Shown: positions 31,801 to 48,599 of the stretch, in pieces
Numbering within the stretch: the first letter of the stretch is position 1
Layout of the letters: each line of letters starts with the position of its first letter
Source of the DNA: an uncultured Gammaproteobacteria bacterium
GTDB taxonomy: Bacteria > Pseudomonadota > Gammaproteobacteria > Steroidobacterales > BM003
NCBI GenBank assembly: GCA_963823435.1
Contig: CAWGLN010000002.1
Location: 309,633-373,632, forward strand
Direction of reading: 5' to 3'
Length of the DNA: 64,000 bases
Notes under the pieces: generated by a model
Told to the model about the DNA's origin: nothing
The model's database searches: none
What the model saw: only the letters and a program-made list of their open reading frames with translations
Made by a program: the position numbers and the translations under genes

Positions 31801-32772
31801 CTAGCCCATCAGGGTGTCCTGGTTCTGCCCGTTGTTCAGCATGATCCTGCGCAGGCGCGCCAGTGCATCCATCTGGATCTGCCGGACCCGTTCCCGGGTA
31901 ACGCCTATTTCCTGCCCCACCTGCTCCAGGGTGGAACGACCATGACCGTGGATACCGAAACGCCGCTGCACCACATCTCGCTGGACTTCGCTCAGTTCCT
32001 CCAGCCATTCCTCGATCAAGGCCTGCAGGTCTTGCCGATGGGCCATGTCGGCCGGATCCATACCACCATCGTCCGCAATGGTGTCCAACAAGCTGCTATC
32101 GTTTTCCCGACTGACAGGTGAATGGGCCGAGGCGACTCGTTCCCGTAACAAGGCGGTTCGCCGCAGGTCTTCAAGCGTTACACCCATGAATTCTGCAATT
32201 TCAGTCAGCGACGGCGAGTGGTCCAGTTGTTGGGAAAGTTCGCGTTCCGCCCGCAGGTAGGCATTGACCTGTTTCGCCACGTGGATGGGCAAACGAATGG
32301 TGCGGGACTGGTTCATGATGGCCCGTTCCATTGATTGGCGTATCCACCAGGTTGCGTAGGTGGAAAAGCGAAAGCCTCTCTCCGGGTCAAACTTGCCCAC
32401 CGCATGTATCAGGCCCAGGTTGCCTTCCTCAATCAGATCAAGCAAAGGCAAGCCCCGGAAAAGATACCGCCGCGCGACCTTGACCACCAACCTCAGGTTG
32501 CTCTCTATCATGCGATCACGGGCATCCTGGTCACCCTGCAGCACACGCCGACCAAGCTCCACTTCCTGCTCAGCCGACAGCAGGTCGGATACGCCAATTT
32601 CGTTAAGATAGATCCGGGTGGCGTCCAGGACGCCGGTATCCACATGGTCGATACCAAAGGGTTCGGAATTTTCGCCCGCAAAACGCTCGTCAGAATTCAA
32701 ACGGCCGGCTTCGCCGTCTTCGGGTTCGAGACAGTTGGGGTCCGTCGCAGCCGCATCGCCCTTCTTTGCCAT
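31801..32772 (-). CDS. rpoS: RNA polymerase sigma factor RpoS
   Basis: [40 protein letters not shown]; downstream of nlpD. Confidence 0.92.
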   Translation of the reverse strand: MAKKGDAAATDPNCLEPEDGEAGRLNSDERFAGENSEPFGIDHVDTGVLDATRIYLNEIGVSDLLSAEQEVELGRRVLQGDQDARDRMIESNLRLVVKVARRYLFRGLPLLDLIEEGNLGLIHAVGKFDPERGFRFSTYATWWIRQSMERAIMNQSRTIRLPIHVAKQVNAYLRAERELSQQLDHSPSLTEIAEFMGVTLEDLRRTALLRERVASAHSPVSRENDSSLLDTIADDGGMDPADMAHRQDLQALIEEWLEELSEVQRDVVQRRFGIHGHGRSTLEQVGQEIGVTRERVRQIQMDALARLRRIMLNNGQNQDTLMG

Positions 32773-32825
32773 CTACAGCTCCCTGTCAGGGGCGCCGGGG
32801 AGGTTCTTCCTGCCGGGGGTTCTAA

Positions 32826-33600
32826 TTATCTTCTGGGCAAGTACCGGATCGGATCTACCGGTTTGCCGTCCACCCGTATCTCGAAATGCAGCAGGGGCTT
32901 TTTACCCGGGCCTTCGCCTATTTCGGCTATTTTCTGGCCTATCTTGACCAGGTCACCCTCTTTCACCGCCAGTGTTCGATTATGCCCATACGCGCTGAGG
33001 AAGGTATCGTTATGTTTGACGATAATAAGCTGGCCATAACCGATTAGTCCACTGCCCGCATAAACCACCCGTCCGCCAGCCGCTGCGCGAACCGGATCTC
33101 CAATGCGGCCACCGATGTCCAGCCCGTTGCCCAGAGCTGTTCTTGTTATTGAACGTGGCCACCACCGGGCCCGTGGCCGGCCAATACCAACCAGCGACCA
33201 TGACCGGCGGGGAACTTCCGCCGGCTGGCGTCGGGGTCTTGCCGGTGCCCGAGGGAACGGACGAACCCGGACTGGTCGTGGTGCCCGGGCTGTTTGGGGT
33301 TGCGCTGTTATTCGAGGTTCTCGCCGCAGGGGTCAGACGCAAGACCTGGCCGGGATAAATGAGCCCGCCGTCGGCCAATCCGTTCCAACGCGCCAGGTCT
33401 CGCCAGTCAAGACGATTTCGCCAGGCAATGGAATACAGGGTATCGCCTGACCTGACCGTGTAACTGGTACCCGGCGCGTACACCGCCTTTGGTTGCTCGG
33501 CGGGCTCCCATGTCAGGGCCCTGCCACTGCACCCGGCAAGCGCCAGAATCCCGGCACAAAGCAGCGCCCTGGTGATTGCGGGGGAGCTTATAATTTCCAT
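32826..33600 (-). CDS. nlpD: LysM/M23 lipoprotein NlpD (frameshift near 33133)
   Basis: Lipobox LAGC, LysM YTVRSGDTLYSIA; M23 SAYGHN, LHFEIR in a second frame. Confidence 0.9.
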
Positions 33601-34169
33601 ACCAGGAAGCCGATGCCCAGCAGTGCCACGGTAATCCAGCCCAGTCGCTCAACGTACTGCTTCAGGACCGGTTCGATCCTGGGCCCGCCCCAGCTCACCA
33701 GGCCTGCCACCAGGAAAAAACGGGCCCCGCGACCCACTGCCGAGGCGAGTATAAACAGGGGAAGAGTCATGACCAGGGCCCCCGCGCTGATGGTAAATAC
33801 CTTGTACGGTATGGGTGAAAAACCCGCTACCAGTACCGCCCAGAAACCCCACTCGGCAAATACTCCCTGTATCTGCAAATAGCTATCCCAGTAGCCGAAT
33901 TCCTGCATCCAGGGTGTCACCCAATCCAGGGCATACAGACCGATAAAATAGCCCGCGATTCCCCCGGCCACCGAGGTCAGGGTAGTCAGCAAGGCAAAAC
34001 GCATGGCCTTGCCTGGTGTGGCAAGACACATGGGCATAAGCATCACGTCCGGGGGGACAGGAAAGAACGATGACTCGGCGAAACTCAAGCCACCCAGGTA
34101 CCAGGGCGCGGCCGGGGACCCGGCCCAGTTCAGGACCTTGTCATAAAGAGGGCCAAATATTTTCATCAA
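33588..34169 (-). CDS. yqaA: YqaA/DedA-family membrane protein
   Basis: [29 protein letters not shown]. Confidence 0.88.
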   Translation of the reverse strand: MMKIFGPLYDKVLNWAGSPAAPWYLGGLSFAESSFFPVPPDVMLMPMCLATPGKAMRFALLTTLTSVAGGIAGYFIGLYALDWVTPWMQEFGYWDSYLQIQGVFAEWGFWAVLVAGFSPIPYKVFTISAGALVMTLPLFILASAVGRGARFFLVAGLVSWGGPRIEPVLKQYVERLGWITVALLGIGFLVWKL

Positions 34170-34834
34170 TCGCCCCCGCCAACCAGCGGCACAAATCTCA
34201 CCGCCCCCAGGGATTGCGACTCAAAACCGGATCCCTTGCGGGTGATCTTGACCAATTCCTGGCTGGCGCGACCGCCCACCGGAATAATCAACCGGCCACC
34301 CTCGGCCAGTTGCTGCAACAGCGCCTCGGGCACGACTTCCGGTGCTGCGGCAACCAGGATGGCGTCAAATGGCGCTTCTGTAGGCCAACCCTTCCAACCG
34401 TCACCCACGCGCATGCGCACACCCCGCAAATTCAGGGAGGCCAGGGTGTTGCGTGCCCGGACCTGCAGTGGCGCAAGCCTTTCGATGGCGAAGAGCTTAC
34501 CCACAAGCGGAGCCAGGATGGCGGTCTGGTATCCGCAACCCGAGCCTATTTCAAGAACCTTGTCGGGCTTGCCATCCTCCAGCAAGGCCTGGGTCATCAG
34601 GGCCACAACGTAGGGCTGGGATATGGTCTGGCCATGACCTATCGGCAGGGCGGTGTCCTCGTAAGCCCGGCTGGCCATTGCCTCATCCATGAACAGGTGA
34701 CGTGGCACGTTGCAGATCTGGCCCAACACCGCCTCGTTGCTGATGCCCTGCTCACGCAAACGCCGTACCAGGCGATCCCGGGTCCTGGCGGAGGTCATGC
34801 CTATACCCTGAATCCGGGTGTCTGCACTCTTCAT
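34166..34834 (-). CDS. pcm: Protein-L-isoaspartate O-methyltransferase
   Basis: [36 protein letters not shown]. Confidence 0.96.
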   Translation of the reverse strand: MKSADTRIQGIGMTSARTRDRLVRRLREQGISNEAVLGQICNVPRHLFMDEAMASRAYEDTALPIGHGQTISQPYVVALMTQALLEDGKPDKVLEIGSGCGYQTAILAPLVGKLFAIERLAPLQVRARNTLASLNLRGVRMRVGDGWKGWPTEAPFDAILVAAAPEVVPEALLQQLAEGGRLIIPVGGRASQELVKITRKGSGFESQSLGAVRFVPLVGGGD

Positions 34835-35577
34835 TGCGCCAACCACCCGCGAACCACGTCCATCTGCTGGTGACGAGTCAGGTCTACCAGCAGCGGTGTT
34901 ATGGAGACACAGCCTTTGCTTATTGCAAAAAAATCCGTACCCGGTCCCGCATCCTGTTCGGATCCGGCGGATCCGACCCAGAAAATTTCCCGGCCTCGAG
35001 GATCCCTCCCCCGGATGACTGGTTCAGCCCGATGACGGTTTCCCAGGCGGGTTACCTCGGCGCCCTTCAGATCTTCATAGGGCAAGTCAGGAATATTGAC
35101 ATTCAGAATGGTATCGGTGGGCAGGGGGTGCTCGACCAGGCGGGTCACAATCTCTCTTGCGATCCGGGCTGCAGTATCCAGGTGCCTGGGTTCACCCGCA
35201 GTGACCAGGGAAAAAGCGATGGCTGGCAAGCCGAGACAACGCCCTTCCATGGCCGCCGCCACGGTCCCGGAATACAGCACGTCATCCCCGAGGTTGGCGC
35301 CGTCATTGATACCCGACACCACCATGTCCGGATCCGGATCCATCAGGCCGGTAATAGCGAGATGTACGCAATCCGTGGGCGTACCGTTGACAAAGAAAAC
35401 ACCTTGCTCGGTCTCAACCATACGCAACGGACTATCCAGGGTCAGCGAATTACTGGCCCCGCTGCGATTCATTTCCGGCGCAACGATGATAATGTCGCCA
35501 AACTCAGCCAGGGCCGAAGCCAGGGCCCGTATCCCCGCAGACCTGTAGCCATCATCGTTACTCACAAGAATTCGCAA
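34831..35577 (-). CDS. surE: 5'/3'-nucleotidase SurE
   Basis: [38 protein letters not shown]. Confidence 0.96.
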   Translation of the reverse strand: MRILVSNDDGYRSAGIRALASALAEFGDIIIVAPEMNRSGASNSLTLDSPLRMVETEQGVFFVNGTPTDCVHLAITGLMDPDPDMVVSGINDGANLGDDVLYSGTVAAAMEGRCLGLPAIAFSLVTAGEPRHLDTAARIAREIVTRLVEHPLPTDTILNVNIPDLPYEDLKGAEVTRLGNRHRAEPVIRGRDPRGREIFWVGSAGSEQDAGPGTDFFAISKGCVSITPLLVDLTRHQQMDVVRGWLAQ

Positions 35578-35725
35578 CCCGACTTCCTCCCGTGCTGGTA
35601 CGGTCGTGGCACTGACATTGCCGACGGCAAATAGACAGCTCAACTACTGATATCATCGTACTGCCCGGTGTCCACAGACGCGGGCAAGCGGTAACTATAC
35701 TGGATTCGCCACCGGGAGGACGAGT

Positions 35726-36289
35726 GTGAAAAAACGGCCAGCGCACGAGCCTGCGGCGGAATCTGGCCATGAGGACTCCGGGCTTTTTCGTGCTCACGTC
35801 GCAGATGCCACCCCGCATGCGGCAAAACCCTTTCTTCCGAAGCGCACCAAGCCGGTCCCGCGGGCGAAATTCAAGCGCGCTGATGAAGCCCAGGTGTTGC
35901 ATGAGAGTCTGGAACTGCAAAGCCTCGAAGGCATCCTGGATAACGGCGACCACCTGAATTATTGCAGGTCGGGTGTGAGCGATCAGATTCTGCGCAAATT
36001 GCGCGGGGGCCGTTTCAGCGTGCAAGCGGAGCTCGACCTGCATGGTCTTAACGTAGCCAGGGCGCGGGAGGAACTGAACGATTTCCTGGCTGAATGCCGG
36101 CGGGAACACCTGGGCTGTGTCAGAGTAATCCACGGCAAGGGGCTGCGTTCCGGACACACCGGCCCGGTACTCAAATTCAAAGTCGCGCTGTGGCTGAAAC
36201 AAGCCAGTTATGTCGTGGCCTACACCTCGGCCAGACCGGTTGACGGCGGCACCGGCGCGCTTTACGTACTGCTGGAGCGGATACGCTAG
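35726..36289 (+). CDS. Smr/MutS2-domain protein
   Basis: LDLHG, VIHGKG, GGTGALYVLL. Confidence 0.92.
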   Translation: MKKRPAHEPAAESGHEDSGLFRAHVADATPHAAKPFLPKRTKPVPRAKFKRADEAQVLHESLELQSLEGILDNGDHLNYCRSGVSDQILRKLRGGRFSVQAELDLHGLNVARAREELNDFLAECRREHLGCVRVIHGKGLRSGHTGPVLKFKVALWLKQASYVVAYTSARPVDGGTGALYVLLERIR

Positions 36290-36381
36290 GGTGCCTCTGA
36301 TTAACCCTGGACGAAGTGGATTGCAGGCGAAAGGATTCGGATTCAAGGCGCCAATAGCACGTAATAGTGAAGCTCGCGAAG
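36290..36381 (+). repeat. Truncated (left ~60%) copy of ~160-bp palindromic repeat
   Basis: CTAG|GGTGCCTCTGATTAACCCTGGACGAAGTGGATTGC...TTCAAGGCGCCAATAGCACGTAATAGTGAAGCTCGCGAAG; starts at the Smr TAG. Confidence 0.88.
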
Positions 36382-36464
36382 TGAGCTGGCTGGAGAATTT
36401 GGGCAAAGCGCTAGTTGTGCAGTGCAGCCACAGGTCGCAGGCTCACGCGCGGGTCTGCGCGTCC

Positions 36465-37533
36465 CTAGGCTTCGTTACTGCGACGGTTCGCTTCCCTGTA
36501 ACTCAGCAACTCTCGCAACACTGCCGTGGCAAAACAGCCGCTGGGCAGGGTAAAAGACAACTCCATGGTCTGGTCCTCAATGCGCCACTGCAAATCCGGC
36601 AGCTTCAGGACCAGGCGCCGCCGGTCCGCTTTTACCCGCGAGGCGCACAGGCCATCTACCCAGTGGGAGTAGCCGGCGAGCACTTCCTGCTCCAGCGCAC
36701 CCGCCAGACCACCGGCTTGCATCGCCGACTCCCCTGCCAGCGGACCGCTGGGTCCTATATCACCCGAAGCAAGCCTGTCCTGAAGAGTTTGGTCGATCTC
36801 TTCGGCCAGGAACACGCTGCGACTCCCTTCCAGCATCGACCAGTTCACCAGGTAGCAGGATATTCCAGCTACCCTCCCGGATCCGTCTAGCCAGGACCTC
36901 GTTAAACAGCGCTGACCGGGCTGCCGAAAAAGCAAATTCACGTTCGTTCCGGTGCCAACGCCTGCGGGGATCTGACAGCACCCGCTGGGCCAGTGCCAGG
37001 TTGCCCATGTCGCGGCCAAAACGTTGCTCGCCGAAATAATTTGGCACGCCACCCCGGACCACCACTTGTAGCCGTCTTTCCAGCTCCCGGCGATCCCCTT
37101 GCAGCTCCCTCACACGCAGCTGGAACCGGTTGCCCTGGTGTGAGCCGCGCCGTAACTTGCGCCGGTGCCGGGTTGCGGCCAATACCTTGAACCCTTCGCT
37201 CTCCCATCCCGACCATTGTTCACAGCTCCCGCCACTTGCGGGCACGGAAAAATACTGCCGGGTGATCGCCCATCGGTCTTTTAGCCCTGAAAATCCCAGG
37301 TCCCGTGGCTGCAATCCGGCCTGGCGCGCAAGCTGACCGGCCACCCAGTTGGTATTGCAGTCAGTTTTCTCCACCCACAACAACAGGTGATCACCCTCGC
37401 CGTCCGGCTCAAAGCCCAGGATTTCATCGACCTGGAAATCTGCACTCTCGCGGCGAATAACACCGCTCGCGTCTGGCGGACCCAGCGCTCGCGTATCGAA
37501 CCAGGAAAAAACGGGCAAGGTGTCTGTCATCAC
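36465..37533 (-). CDS. truD: tRNA pseudouridine-13 synthase (frameshift near 36838)
   Basis: DFQVDE, GLKDRWAITRQ, GNRF, PNYFGEQRFG; C-terminal FTLPSGCFATAVLRE in a second frame. Confidence 0.92.
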
Positions 37534-37574
37534 GAGTGTACCCGCAAGTTGGCGGCCGCCGGGGGCCTTGGTCC

Positions 37575-37615
37575 GGTTAAGAAATTTATTGCGCCTAGGG
37601 CAAATCAGAGGCTCT
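37575..37615 (-). repeat. Short left-arm remnant of ~160-bp palindromic repeat
   Basis: Minus strand CTAG|AGAGCCTCTGATTTGCCCTAGGCGCAATAAATT begins at the ftsB TAG. Confidence 0.65.
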
Positions 37616-37918
37616 CTAGGGCGATTCGTCTTCGTCCTTTTTCTTGACCGGCTCTGCCAGGAAAATCAGTTGCTCATCGGCCTTGATCATACCCAGCTCA
37701 CTACGTGCCCTTTCCTCCACCGCCGCAGTGCCTTCCTTGAGGTCTCTGACCTCGGCCTCCAGCGCGTCATTGCGTTCCCGCAATCTCGTGTTTTCCTCGA
37801 CCTGGGCATCTACCTCCCGATGCAGACGCCACAATTCAGGCACCCCGCTATCCCCCAGCCACAGCCTGATCTGCAGGGCCAGCAATAACAGCAGCAGAAT
37901 TGCCGCGATCAGCCGCAT
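37616..37918 (-). CDS. ftsB: Cell division protein FtsB
   Basis: TM, LQIRLWLG, RNDALEAEV.DLK, EERARSELGMIK. Confidence 0.93.
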   Translation of the reverse strand: MRLIAAILLLLLLALQIRLWLGDSGVPELWRLHREVDAQVEENTRLRERNDALEAEVRDLKEGTAAVEERARSELGMIKADEQLIFLAEPVKKKDEDESP

Positions 37919-37922
37919 AACA

Positions 37923-41800
<3,878 letters not shown>

Positions 41801-41908
41801 TTACCAGAAGGCCCCGGAAGCGACAACGAAAAAGCCCGATCAGGGCGCAGTTAGCGGCCTGATACAGGAAATTCTTTCCACTCCCTGGCCAATTCGCGCT
41901 GAGCAGGG

Positions 41909-43270
41909 TCACAAAAGCAGCCTTGGCTTCCCTTCCCAACGCAAGGACAGGGCCGCTTGCCCCTCGATTGGGGCAAAGGCCTGGTCCACCCAGAGCGCGC
42001 CGACGGCGGCCAGTCGGCCATCCACATAGAGCATGGGGATGTGCCCCCTGACCCATGGCAGGACACCGACTTCCTGGTAGAGCTCGCGTAAACCGCGACT
42101 ACCCTGGCGCCCGACCAGGCGCAGGCGTTCTCCACCCTGCCTGAAGCGAATATCCAGTTGCCCGCCGCGCAATGCATCCCGATCCAGACCGGGGTCCGGA
42201 CCGGGACCCTGCCCGGCGACCAGGCTCAATTGTCCCAGACCGTGAGGAAGAAGCAGTGGCGTGTCTCCCGACCACTGGAGAATCCCGGACGGAGACGCCG
42301 GTACGGCATCCAGTGCGAACAGTCTGTCGCGATAGCGGCGAAACTCGCCACCCTTCCAGGCCAGGCGAGGAAGCGCCTGCTCGCGGGCTTCAAGAACCTG
42401 CTCCCTGACCAGGCCCAGCACGTGGGCCGGTGGTGTTGGCAGCCCGCGCAGGGTAACCCAGTAACGCAGCAAGTTGGCCAGGCGGGCCGTGTCCAGCGCC
42501 AGCAGCGCGGGCACAAGCAATTCCTCACCCCTGGCGCAGTGTCGCAGGTCTTCCGCCGCCAGCTGCGTAAGCAAACCCTGGGCCTGTGCACAATAGCGTG
42601 CGCTGCGGGATGCCGCGCGGGCCGCCGCGGGCCACCGTTGTTTCAGCGACGGAAGCACCTGGTGGCGCAGATAGTTGCGATCGAAGCCGAGGTCCTGGTT
42701 GCCAGGCTCCTCTATCCACTCCAGGTGCTCATTCTGCGCCCAGTTGAGCAGCGCCTGCACGGGGAAACTCCAGCAGAGGCCTGTAGTGGCGGCCCGGGCC
42801 CAGGCTCGCCAGTACCGGCATGGCTGCCAGGCCTGCCACCCCCGCGCCACGCATCAGTTGCAGCATCAGCGTTTCCAGTTGGTCATCCTGGTGATGACCG
42901 GTCACCAGGATTTCCCCTGGCGACATGGCTTCAGCGATGGCCCGGTACCTGGCGCGGCGGGCGCAGTCCTCCAGGCTCTGTCCACCGGCGCGCTTGACCG
43001 ACACCCGCAACACCTCGAAGGGACAACCCACTGCCAGGGCATTCGCCCGGGCGGCCTCCGTCCAGGTCTCGGCGTCCGGGTAAAGCCCGTGGTGCACATG
43101 CAAGGCGCGAAGTTGCTGGCCGTTATCCCTGCCCCAGAATTCGGGACAAGGCATGCAAGGCAACGGTCGAATCCAGTCCTGCGCTCAAGGCCACGCACCA
43201 GCGTTCCGGTAACCGGGCACCGAGGTGAGCGTGAATACTGGCTTGAAAGGGCCTCGGGCCGGAAGGACAT
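41909..43270 (-). CDS. tilS: tRNA(Ile)-lysidine synthetase (several frameshifts)
   Basis: ALSAGLDS, HVHHGL, ARRARY, HHQDDQLET, DRNYLRH spread over successive frames. Confidence 0.88.
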
Positions 43271-43280
43271 GACTGCCCTC

Positions 43281-44240
43281 TCAGGCCTCCCGGTAGCGGC
43301 CAAAGTCCCGAATGCGCAGGTTGCGCGATTCAACCAACTTGTCCGTGGGAATGGCCTGTAAATCGTTCAGGTGTTTCAGCAGCGTGGTCTTGAGGACTTC
43401 GCTCATGCTATCGATGTCCCGGTGAGCGCCGCCAAGCGGTTCCTTGACAATCTCATCCACCAGACCCAGTTCTGCCAGGCGCTGGGCGGTAAGCCCCAGG
43501 GATTCGGCCGCCGCCTCGGCCTTGTCGGCGCTTTTCCACAAAATGGAGGCACAGCCCTCCGGCGATATCACCGAGTAGATGCTGTACTCCAGCATCAGCA
43601 GACGGTCACCCACTCCGATGGCCAGTGCACCGCCGGAACCACCCTCGCCAATCACCACCGCAATCAGGGGCGTCTTCAGGGTCGCCATCACGAACAGGTT
43701 ACGCGCGATGGCCTCGCTTTGACCGCGCTCCTCGGCGCCAACACCGGGATACGCCCCCGGGGTATCAATCAGGGTAATGATCGGCAACTTGAATCTCTCG
43801 GCCATCTTCATCAGACGCATGGCCTTTCGATAACCCTCGGGTCTGGGCATACCGTAGTTGCGCTGTACACGCTCCTTGGTGTCCCTGCCTTTTTGCTGGC
43901 CGATGACCATCACCGGAATGCCTTCCAGGCGAGCCAGGCCGCCGACCATCGCCGCATCATCGGCATACATACGATCACCGTGCAACTCCTGGAAGTCGTC
44001 GAATACGGTGTCCAGGTAGTCCAGCGTGTATGGACGCAGCGGATGACGCGCCAACTGGGCAATTTGCCAGGACGACAGCGTCGAGAAAATATTCTTGGTC
44101 AGCACCTTGCTCTTGCCCTTGAGCCGTTGAATCTCGGCGCTGAGGTTGACCTCGGAATCGTCACCTACAAAGCGCAACTGCTCAATCTTGGCTTCCAGCT
44201 CAGCTATCGGCTGCTCAAAATCCAGGAATTTCAAATCCAT
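43281..44240 (-). CDS. accA: Acetyl-CoA carboxylase carboxyltransferase alpha
   Basis: [31 protein letters not shown]. Confidence 0.98.
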   Translation of the reverse strand: MDLKFLDFEQPIAELEAKIEQLRFVGDDSEVNLSAEIQRLKGKSKVLTKNIFSTLSSWQIAQLARHPLRPYTLDYLDTVFDDFQELHGDRMYADDAAMVGGLARLEGIPVMVIGQQKGRDTKERVQRNYGMPRPEGYRKAMRLMKMAERFKLPIITLIDTPGAYPGVGAEERGQSEAIARNLFVMATLKTPLIAVVIGEGGSGGALAIGVGDRLLMLEYSIYSVISPEGCASILWKSADKAEAAAESLGLTAQRLAELGLVDEIVKEPLGGAHRDIDSMSEVLKTTLLKHLNDLQAIPTDKLVESRNLRIRDFGRYREA

Positions 44241-44324
44241 AGGAGAATGTTCTTTAGTTTGATCGCCTAAACACTAACCTCAACACCTGTCCGAGACAAG
44301 CACTACCGGGGGCCCACAGCCCAA

Positions 44325-44484
44325 GGAACCTCTGATCTATTCATGAACTCGTGTTTTGCGTCTAAAAAATCCATCTTCTGTGTTGCCAATCTTCGCAATA
44401 GAACCACTATTCCGTGCGATTGGCGCCTGGAATCTGAATTGTTTCGCTCACAATCCGCTTCGCCCAGAATAAAGCAGAGACTCC
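44325..44484 (-). repeat. ~160-bp palindromic repeat between dnaE and accA
   Basis: Plus strand GGAACCTCTGATCTATTCATGA...GCAGAGACTCC|CTAG; CTA is the dnaE stop. Confidence 0.95.
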
Positions 44485-47400
44485 CTAGGAGTTTTCAATT
44501 CTGCGAGGATATAACACCTTGACCCGGTCGCGCCCGGCCAATTCGGCAAGCCGATCCATCAGCTCCCGTGTCGGTTTCACGCGCCACTGCTCTCCCAGGT
44601 TCACCCGGCCCTGTGCACTGCGACCCCGGTACTGTATCCAGACCTCACACAAACCATCCAGATGAGGCTGCAGGGCTGATTTAAGTTCCGCAGCGAACTC
44701 CTGGTCAATGCTCGACCTGTCGCACTGGATCAGCAAGCGCCGCGCATATCGTTGACGGGCCTGCTCCATGGTTACCAGGGTACTGGCATTAAGGCGCCAG
44801 CCATCCATGAAATCGTCAAATCGCAGGTTACCCTCGACAATCAAGATCGCATCCTTGTCCAGCAAATGCCTGTGGGTATTGGCAACATCGTCAAACAAGG
44901 TCACTTCCAGGCGGGCACTGCGATCGTCCAGTTCCAGGATCAACCGGTTGCCGCGTTTTTTCATATCCATCACCAGGCCGCCCACAGTGATCGCCTTGCG
45001 GTTTGATGCATAACGCGACTCGCCCGGCCCGGGTCTGCCCGATACCAGATCCGCGATGCGCCCGCTGGTGAACTGCTTGAGTTCTTCCTCGTACTCGTTG
45101 ATGGGATGACCGGTGAGGTACAGACCCAGGGTCTCACGTTCGCCCAGCAGGCGTTGCTGTTCGCTCCACTCGGCGCGGGGCTTGATCAACGTATGCTCCA
45201 TGGGGACGGCGGGTGCGGTAACCGATCCAAATAAATCGCTTTGCCCGGCGGCGGAGGCACGGGCATCCTGTTCGGCCACTTTCAGGGCCTCGTCGAGGTT
45301 CGCCAGCAAGGTCGCCCGGTTTTCACCCAGGCTGTCCATCGACCCGGAGCGAATAACCGCTTCTAGCACCCGCCGGTTAAGACGCTTCATATCGGCCCGG
45401 CAACACAGGTCAAACAAGTCGTTGAAAAGCCCGTTCCGATCGCGCTCCTCCAGCAAGCCCTCAATAGCGCCGCGACCGACACCCTTGATCGCGCCCAGGC
45501 CATAACGAATGCTTTTCGGGTCCGGTGCGGAGAAGGCAAACTGCGACTCATTCACATCCGGCGGCAGTACCGTCAAGCCCATGCGGTTGCACTCCTCGAT
45601 AATCGTCACCACCTTGTCGGTGCTGTCCATGTCCGAGGACAAGACTGCCGCCATAAAGGTGGCCGGGTAATGGGCTTTCAGCCAGGCCGTCTGGTAGGAC
45701 AACATGGCATAGGCAGCCGAGTGCGATTTGTTAAAGCCGTAACCGGCGAACTTCTCCATCAAGTCGAATATGTAGGTCGCCTTGGCCTGATCGACGCCAC
45801 GGGCCTTGGCGCCTTCGACGAAAATCTCACGCTGCTTGGCCATTTCCTCGGCATTTTTCTTGCCCATGGCGCGACGCAACAGGTCGGCGCCCCCCAGGCT
45901 GTATCCGGCCAGCACCTGGGCGATTTGCATCACCTGTTCCTGGTAGAGAATCACCCCGTAGGTAGGCTGCAAAATGGATTGAAGATCCGGATGCAGGTAG
46001 TCGATGGTGGCGCCAGTGCGATCATGCTTGCGATCGATAAAATCGTCTACCATGCCCGATTGAAGCGGTCCCGGGCGGAACAGCGCCACCAGCGCGATAA
46101 TCTCGTCAAACCGGTCCGGCTGCAGCCGCTTGATCAGGTCTTTCATGCCACGGGACTCGAGCTGAAACACCGCTGTGGTCTCACAGCGCTTCAGCAGCGC
46201 GAAAGTCTCCTGGTCGTCATACTGGATGCCGTCCAGGCTGACGGGGTTTTCACCCGCCGCCTGGCGTCGACGGTTTATCGCTTTCAGCGCCCAATCGATG
46301 ATGGTCAAGGTACGCAGACCCAGGAAATCGAACTTGACCAGACCGACTTTTTCGACATCGTCCTTGTCAAACTGACTGATCACATTGCCGCCGCCCTGTT
46401 CACAGTACAAGGGCACAAAGTCGGTCAGGGGTCCGGGAGCGATCACCACCCCACCCGCGTGTTTACCCGCGTTCCTGGACAGACCTTCCAGGGATCTCGC
46501 CAGGTCAATCAGGGCCTGCACATCCTCCTCGTTTTCATAGGCAGTGCGCAGTTCCTGTTCCTGGGCCAGGGCCTTGTCCAGGGTCATCCCTATTTCGAAC
46601 GGAATCAGCTTGGCTATACGATCGACAAAACCGTATGGGTGCCCCAGCACCCGACCCACATCACGCACCACCGCCTTGGCCGCCATGGTGCCGAAGGTGA
46701 TGATCTGGGACACCTGGTCACGTCCATAGCGCTCGGCCACATACTCAATCACACGGTCCCTGCCTTCCATGCAGAAGTCCACGTCGAAGTCCGGCATGGA
46801 AACACGTTCCGGATTCAGGAATCGCTCGAACAGCAGGTCGTGCTCCAGGGGATCCAGGTCGGTAATACCCAGCACCCATGCCACCAGTGAGCCTGCGCCG
46901 GATCCGCGTCCCGGCCCTACCGGCACGTCGTTCTCGCGGGCCCAGCGGATAAAGTCCGCCACGATCAGAAAGTAGCCGGGAAAGCCCATTCCGGCGATCA
47001 CCGAAAGTTCAATCTCCAGGCGTTCGCGGTAGGCCGGGATATCGGCTTCGGCAATATTGCGGACCTGCAACTTCAGCTCCAGGCCCTGTTGGCTGGCCTG
47101 GGCCAGCCAGGAAGCGGTTGTGAAACCTTCAGGAACCTCGAATTCCGGCAACACACTATGGCCCAGTTGCATCTTGAGGTTACAGCGCCTGGCTATTTCC
47201 ACCGAGTTGGCCAGCGCTTCAGGCAGGTCCTCGAACAGTTCGGTCATTTCCTGGGCGCTGCGCAGGTACTGCTGGGGGGAATATTCCTTGGGTCTGCCGG
47301 GATCCGTCAGGGTGTGGCCCCCATGGATGCATACCCGCGCCTCATGCGAATCAAACTCGTCCTGGTCCAGGAAGCGCACGTCGTTGGTCGCCACCAGCGG

Positions 47401-47982
47401 CACATCCGCCCTGGCGGCCAGGGCCACGGCCGCGTGCAGATAGGTTTCATCTCCCTCGCGACCCGTGCGGCTCACTTCCATGTAATAACGATCGGGGAAC
47501 AGGTCCAGCCAGAATTTCAGCGCCTGCAGCGCATCCTCCTCCCGCCGGGCAAGCAGTGCCCTGCCTACATCACCACGCTTGCCCCCGGACAAGGCGATCA
47601 AACCTCCGCTAAAACCCCGGAACCATTCCCTTTCCAGCATAGGCACCCCATGGTGCTGCCCTTCCAGGTAAGCCCGGGTCAACAGACGCGAAAGGTTGCG
47701 GTAGCCGTTCTCGTAGTCCTGACAAAGCAACAGCAGGCGACTGGGCTTGCCGGGATCCTCGGGCTCCCTTAGTAACAAGTCTGCGCCAACGATGGGCTTG
47801 ATACCCAGCTTGCGGGCCGCCTGGTAAAACTTCACCAGGCCGAACAAATCGTTTTGATCCGTCATGGCCACCGCGGGCATTCCCAGCTCCGCAACCCTTT
47901 GCATCAGCGCCGGGATACGTACGACGCTGTCCGCGAGAGAGAACTCGGTATGCAATTGAAGGTGTACGAACCCGGGGTTCAT
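44485..47982 (-). CDS. dnaE: DNA polymerase III alpha subunit
   Basis: [14 protein letters not shown] domain, [27 protein letters not shown]. Confidence 0.98.
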   Translation of the reverse strand: MNPGFVHLQLHTEFSLADSVVRIPALMQRVAELGMPAVAMTDQNDLFGLVKFYQAARKLGIKPIVGADLLLREPEDPGKPSRLLLLCQDYENGYRNLSRLLTRAYLEGQHHGVPMLEREWFRGFSGGLIALSGGKRGDVGRALLARREEDALQALKFWLDLFPDRYYMEVSRTGREGDETYLHAAVALAARADVPLVATNDVRFLDQDEFDSHEARVCIHGGHTLTDPGRPKEYSPQQYLRSAQEMTELFEDLPEALANSVEIARRCNLKMQLGHSVLPEFEVPEGFTTASWLAQASQQGLELKLQVRNIAEADIPAYRERLEIELSVIAGMGFPGYFLIVADFIRWARENDVPVGPGRGSGAGSLVAWVLGITDLDPLEHDLLFERFLNPERVSMPDFDVDFCMEGRDRVIEYVAERYGRDQVSQIITFGTMAAKAVVRDVGRVLGHPYGFVDRIAKLIPFEIGMTLDKALAQEQELRTAYENEEDVQALIDLARSLEGLSRNAGKHAGGVVIAPGPLTDFVPLYCEQGGGNVISQFDKDDVEKVGLVKFDFLGLRTLTIIDWALKAINRRRQAAGENPVSLDGIQYDDQETFALLKRCETTAVFQLESRGMKDLIKRLQPDRFDEIIALVALFRPGPLQSGMVDDFIDRKHDRTGATIDYLHPDLQSILQPTYGVILYQEQVMQIAQVLAGYSLGGADLLRRAMGKKNAEEMAKQREIFVEGAKARGVDQAKATYIFDLMEKFAGYGFNKSHSAAYAMLSYQTAWLKAHYPATFMAAVLSSDMDSTDKVVTIIEECNRMGLTVLPPDVNESQFAFSAPDPKSIRYGLGAIKGVGRGAIEGLLEERDRNGLFNDLFDLCCRADMKRLNRRVLEAVIRSGSMDSLGENRATLLANLDEALKVAEQDARASAAGQSDLFGSVTAPAVPMEHTLIKPRAEWSEQQRLLGERETLGLYLTGHPINEYEEELKQFTSGRIADLVSGRPGPGESRYASNRKAITVGGLVMDMKKRGNRLILELDDRSARLEVTLFDDVANTHRHLLDKDAILIVEGNLRFDDFMDGWRLNASTLVTMEQARQRYARRLLIQCDRSSIDQEFAAELKSALQPHLDGLCEVWIQYRGRSAQGRVNLGEQWRVKPTRELMDRLAELAGRDRVKVLYPRRIENS

Positions 47983-48599
47983 AGATCGCTCGCCAGGACT
48001 GCCGCTACCGGTGCGAAAGAGCGTCGATGGACCGCACAGGGACCCGCCTCAAGCAGACGCTGACGGTGAGCTACGGTGGGATACCCCTTGTGGCCGGCAA
48101 AACCATACCCCGGATACACAAGATCCAGTCTCACCATCATCGCGTCGCGTACAACCTTGGCCAGAATGGAGGCCGCGCTGATCTCCGCGACCAGGGCATC
48201 GCCGCCGACAATCGCTTCCATCGTGCAGTTCAATCCGGTTCCTGCGAGCGAAGGACAGCGATTTCCATCCACCCGGACGTGCGTGGGCGCGACCGCGAGA
48301 CCCAGCAGGCACCTGCGCATGGCCAGCATGGTGGCCTGGAGGATATTCAGGCTATCGATCTCCTGGGAATCCGCCCAGGCGATACCCCATGCCAGCGCAC
48401 GGGATTGCACCAGCGGAAACAATGCACGTCGGCGCGCCTCGGTGAGTTTCTTGGAGTCGTCCAGGCCGTGTATGGGGGCTCTGGGGTCCAGTATCACGGC
48501 GGCCGCCACGACCGGCCCCGCCAACGGGCCCCTGCCCGCTTCATCCACACCTGCGACCAGGTAATTCGTCCCGGGTCCCTGCCTCCGGCGATTGATCAT
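47979..48599 (-). CDS. rnhB: Ribonuclease HII
   Basis: [32 protein letters not shown]. Confidence 0.97.
   Translation of the reverse strand: MINRRRQGPGTNYLVAGVDEAGRGPLAGPVVAAAVILDPRAPIHGLDDSKKLTEARRRALFPLVQSRALAWGIAWADSQEIDSLNILQATMLAMRRCLLGLAVAPTHVRVDGNRCPSLAGTGLNCTMEAIVGGDALVAEISAASILAKVVRDAMMVRLDLVYPGYGFAGHKGYPTVAHRQRLLEAGPCAVHRRSFAPVAAVLASDL

Noticed and set aside
35726..36289. Smr gene inverted between truD and surE as a possible recent insertion
   Set aside because: Ordinary composition, no mobility genes, and I recall the same order in other gammaproteobacteria.
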